Part shown: positions 59,890 to 64,000 of the stretch, in pieces
Layout: every line of letters starts with the position of its first letter
How positions within the stretch are numbered: the first letter of the stretch is position 1
Position numbers and translations under genes: made by a program
Notes under the pieces: generated by a model
Database searches by the model: none
Seen by the model: the letters and a program-made list of their open reading frames with translations, nothing else
What the model was told of the DNA's origin: nothing
Assembly: GCA_011109175.1 (NCBI GenBank)
Contig: RDEW01000001.1
Coordinates: 973,079 to 1,037,078, forward strand
DNA length: 64,000 nt
DNA from: Dicyema japonicum
Taxonomy: Eukaryota > Animalia > Dicyemida
Direction: 5' to 3'

Positions 59890-61260
59890 GAAGTCAGCTG
59901 AGAAAAATAACAGGAACTACTTGGCCTACGAGAATATCGAGAAATGCTTTATATAAGAGATGCAGCACTAGACCTATCAGCTTAGAAGTACTGGAATCCC
60001 GATGGAAGCTCTAAAAAGAGCGAAGTTGAGACTGTTATGGGATTGATAGAATGGCTCTCATATAAAAATTAAATTAATTAAAATAATGACTGAAAAGATA
60101 TGGAAGATGGTAGTGGCGCAGAGATGGAGAGACGAAACTTCAAAAGTGGACATCAAAAACCTATCCTTTTGGAAGAGCTATAAAAATCTTCCTAGGACGG
60201 ATGCAAATAAGATTTTCTTGGAAGATTTAGATGGAAAAGCATACTCTTGAAGGATGTTTACAAAATATTAAAGAATTATAGTGAGAAAATTCAAGGCGTT
60301 GACCTTATGAACTCAATCCCATACAATCAGACAAAGGATTCACTTGAGCTTAACAAATATTCTTTGGACGGACTCGGAGCTGTTGAGAAGGAGATCACAG
60401 TGTGGGTGATCAAGATGGAAATTAAAGAATGCAAGGCCAATGCATCGGGTTTTGAATTCATTAGATATTCAAGGAAGGACCGGAGGACTTACTATTTGTT
60501 CTACAACATCTATACAACGCAAGCATCAAGTGTGGATATGTTCCGGATTGGTGGAAGAACTCTGTAGTTAAGATAGTCGGTCCTCAAACCTGGTAAATCG
60601 AGGAGGCCCCCTCTAATCTATTGACAGATCATCTCATGCTAGACTTCGAAGTCTTTTTGTCACAGCTGGTGTCGGTAAATGCTCCGAAATACCTATTTAT
60701 ATTATTGAAAGAATTCTTGACGGAAGAAAGTCGCACGTGAAAGTTGAGGAGTTTTTATCAGAAGGCGTCCACGGGACTCGGTATTGAGTTCAATTCTATT
60801 CAATATTTTTATGTCGAATTTTCATGTGACGAGAGTGCAGTCACTCCGTTAGGAGCTATAATCGACCACGAAGGCACATTTTTTAATGGCATTAAAAAAA
60901 GAAGGAAAAAAGACTCCAAACTATTATATGTACACGCAAAATAAGAGTCAACAAGGAGACCTTCATGTATATTTATCTTCATGGGGTAATTCTGCCTAAC
61001 TTACTACATGGATGTGAGAGGCAGTGCTTCTCAACTAAGAAGATAAGGAGAGAAGCAATCAAGTTAGCGGTGGACGGGAGATTATTTGTTGACCTGAGCG
61101 AGGAAGAGGATAATCTACTTTAACCGATAAAGCATGTGGTGGAGGACAGGATCAATCGCATCCGTGTGAGAGCCGAGATCGTGTACACAAACCAACAAGT
61201 GTGGACCACTAATGAGAAGAGGGAACTGCGGAAATGTCCAGACCTCGAGGCAGTGCTAAA
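59890..61260 (+). mobile_element. RTE fragment followed by a LINE RT remnant
   Basis: WPTRIS..LYKRCSTRPIS..LESRWKL; then LQHLYNASIKCGYVPDWWKNSVV. Confidence 0.65.
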
Positions 61261-61329
61261 TTATGCCCTCCAACAAACTCCAAATGGTTTTAATTAACAT
61301 AACTAATAGAAAGCTATAAACTGTAACTA

Positions 61330-61720
61330 AAGTGAACCCTCATTAATAGTTTCCTTGTCGATGTAATAATCTTCACAAGGAATGACGATTTCATTCTCGT
61401 TGAGCATTTATATTTGAGTTATTTCTTCTTCATAAGCGAGTTCTTCCAGTTCTTTTCGGTACTCATTCTTGGATGATGTCTCAGTAGCAAAGGAATCAAG
61501 ACATTTAATTGCCCCTGTACCATAATGGCAGCCTTTCATGAATTCACAAAAAATTCTTTTTCCGAGTGAAGGGCTTCCATATAATCCAAAAAAGCCTTTT
61601 CTATAATAATGCTTAAATATCTTGATTATGCTTGCATCCATTGGTGGAACAGTTGTGTCTTTGGGAGGAATAAAATTTCAATTTTCAAAATATTTAAAGA
61701 AAATTGAAAAGAAAGTCCAG
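61330..61720 (-). mobile_element. pogo/Tigger transposase remnant
   Basis: FIPPKDTTVPPMDASIIKIFKHYYRK; TIR-like AGTGAACCCTCATTAATA at ~61331 and TA|CAGTCAACACTCTCTATAATG at 61742. Confidence 0.65.
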
Positions 61721-62129
61721 TTTCATCCACGTTTAGTAATACAGTCAACACTCTCTATAATGAACCCTCTCTATAGTGATCATATTAATGCAATTCACAA
61801 TAACAAAAATTAGTAATTGTCATTGATATATTAATTATAAAATGAATACCACTTTTAAAAATGTATAATATCATTAATTTAAATATTTTGGTGTTCACTA
61901 TTAAAGAATAGTGAACGTCAAATGCTTGTGAAAATATAAATATATATGTATATTTAAAATTATTTAAAATGAATAAATTACACGTTTTACAATAGTTAGC
62001 ATGGTACAACTCGAAAACGCTTATTATTTTTTTAAAAGAAAGAAATCATAGAATTTTTTAATAAACATGACATTACACACAGTGTGATTTAGCTCTTTAT
62101 TTCAATGTTTCTCTTGGCTGCATAAACAA

Positions 62130-63090
62130 AATTTTGAAAAATTCTGAAGGATTATATAGTTTTCAAGATGATCAATAAAAGAATTGTGGTTTACAGAGTG
62201 TATGGCGACATTCGTTTATTTTCAGTGATCCACTACTTTATCACTATAGTCCTTTTTGGATAGTCGAGACAACTGCTTTGTCGATGAAATGGATGGGATT
62301 TGCCGTAAGAATAAGATTGTCAATCTCCCCTTTATTTTCTCGATTTGTGACATATGGCGTTGTCCTATTTTTCGAGCGAGAATTGAACTCAGAAGTTAGT
62401 TTGTTTAAAATTATTTTTTCACGTTCAAAAGATTCAAAATAATTGTCGATTCCTTATCTTCCGCATGAAACAAATTCGGCATCCTTTAGTGTCTCTTTAT
62501 CCTTTTTATAAATTTTTCCTACATATCTTTAATTTCGAAGTAAAAAACGGAGAAATTCAGAAAGAATCCCAATCTCATGGATTTAGGGCACTCAGGTATC
62601 CGACAGACACGTCGAACCATTCGAATAATCTGATTTGCTTCTTCTATAATCTCTAGGAAATACAAGACCTCATACTTTCCTTCTTCTTGCATTCTTTAGT
62701 GACCTCTACTTTGTATCGCAAAAGTCGGCCATCGTCTTACAACAGAAAACCATAAATTTAACAGAAAATAATTCTTAGTCAAGAAAGTAACTCACAGAGA
62801 CTAAAGCATAAACAACAGTTACTTCATCGCAGACTGTTCACATGCGGTTTTTCTCCTCTGTAGTCATTTCTTGTATCATAGAACTCATCACTTTATCATT
62901 TCTCCATGTTTCGTAGAATGGAGGTAAGTATTCTGTACGAGTACCTGAGTTCAAAGAAAATTATTGAAAGACACGTAGAAAAACTTTTCTTCTTCAGTCA
63001 ATGAGCGAGAATTGTCTGATTTTATCACTTCTCTTAGGATATTTGTAATATAGATACGACTGAAATTGTCTAGTGTGAGGATGCGCCCTC
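62130..63090 (-). pseudogene. Long degenerate coding-like frame of unknown origin
   Basis: One frame runs ~900 nt with scattered stops: EYLPPFYETWRNDKVMSSMIQEM...GIDNYFESFEREKIILNKLTSEF...GEIDNLILTANPIHFIDKAVV. Confidence 0.35.
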
Positions 63091-63119
63091 GTTGATTGTT
63101 TGTGGGTTCACTAGACCAA

Positions 63120-63185
63120 GATGAGGACTTTGATGCAACCCATCGGGATTACGCGATAGTTAGTTTGGTTTTACCATGTATATAG
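63120..63185 (+). repeat. Shared retro 3' tail
   Basis: CATCGGGATTACGCGATAGTTAGTTTGGTTTTACC. Confidence 0.65.
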
Positions 63186-64000
63186 GCTGCAAAGACGACA
63201 GATCATTTGCTCTCCTCTCATTCCACCGGAGGGGTACCCACAACTGCAAGGACTTGATGTTTTATTTTTTTGTTAATTATGGATGCTATAGTGTGTGGTA
63301 CTGGGAGGTATGTCTATTTATGTGACCGTGGACCTTCGGGCTGTCTTCGTTTGAACCCTAGCTCGCTCCTATAAATCTCTGTCGTAGAACATGAGAATTC
63401 AAGCACTGAATGATACCTTTTCGTTCTATGTTGATTATCAATGAAATCACTCCAAATGAATGATTGATCCTCCTTCTTGGTTTACCAAATCGCCATTATT
63501 CAATGCACTCACCTGAGAACATCACTCGACATTGATAGTAGATCAGTACAGATCTATGATAAATTTGCACCGATCAATATTAAATTTGTCCCGATTAACA
63601 TTAGTTCGGTACCGATCAATAAATTTTATTAATAATCACTTTTGAGAGATGAATAACCAATCCACCCCATAGTGCTCTAATAGAAACATTTTCCGTGGTT
63701 ATCACCGATACTGCATGCAATGTAGACAATCAATAAAAACATCATATCATTGAGTCATCACAAGCATCTCTTGCATCTTCTGCTTTCTAGACATCTTCCC
63801 CAATAGGTAAAAAATCAAGAAACAAGGAATTCACCATCTAACTAAAAATTTCTGCAACCAAAAATGAAGTTCTATTTCCTGCCAAACGATACTCACCTCT
63901 CAGACATCCAAATTGAATAAACCTCGTGAACAAATACCAAAAGCCTAACCTCCAACTAACAAAGCTAGTAAACACCCCATTACCCCATATTAAGCTAGGG

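Noticed and set aside
4509-60740. Apparent CACGTG enrichment as a promoter motif
   Set aside because: Many copies lie in the shared retro tail, in family B, or in coding exons (QKI, PAP2); the remaining excess cannot be established by eye.

Overview
AT-rich draft scaffold from a eukaryote, with three N-gaps and about 11 junctions where near-identical copies are joined by 1-4 Ns. The host genes are metazoan-type and use the standard code. Their spliceosomal introns are ultra-short: 18 of 24 hand-inferred introns are 21-30 nt, with degenerate donors. This points to a reduced parasitic animal such as a dicyemid or myxozoan (inference). Gene models built by eye: a secreted EPN-type C-type lectin (8438-8943), a paralog whose 5' end lies in a gap (to 15504) and a truncated pseudogene (~915-1275); a putatively GPI-anchored LAMP-like protein with tandem Thr-rich micro-exons (21314-20176) and a disrupted paralog with a TM segment (~6850-7600); a Quaking/HOW STAR-KH gene (32948-34162); a PAP2 lipid phosphate phosphatase (42817-41833); and an intronless, highly divergent POU gene with Arg at homeodomain position 51 (52895-53911). 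Most of the remainder is decayed mobile DNA: APE-LINEs including RTE-type, CRE-like RLE LINEs, Penelope-like, Gypsy-like, a Ginger-like integrase, two hAT families, pogo/Tigger and tRNA-derived SINEs. One ~60-nt 3' tail module recurs more than 15 times on different retroelement bodies. No rRNA, CRISPR array or intact tRNA was found. All family assignments are motif recognition by eye, with no database search, and TE boundaries are approximate.
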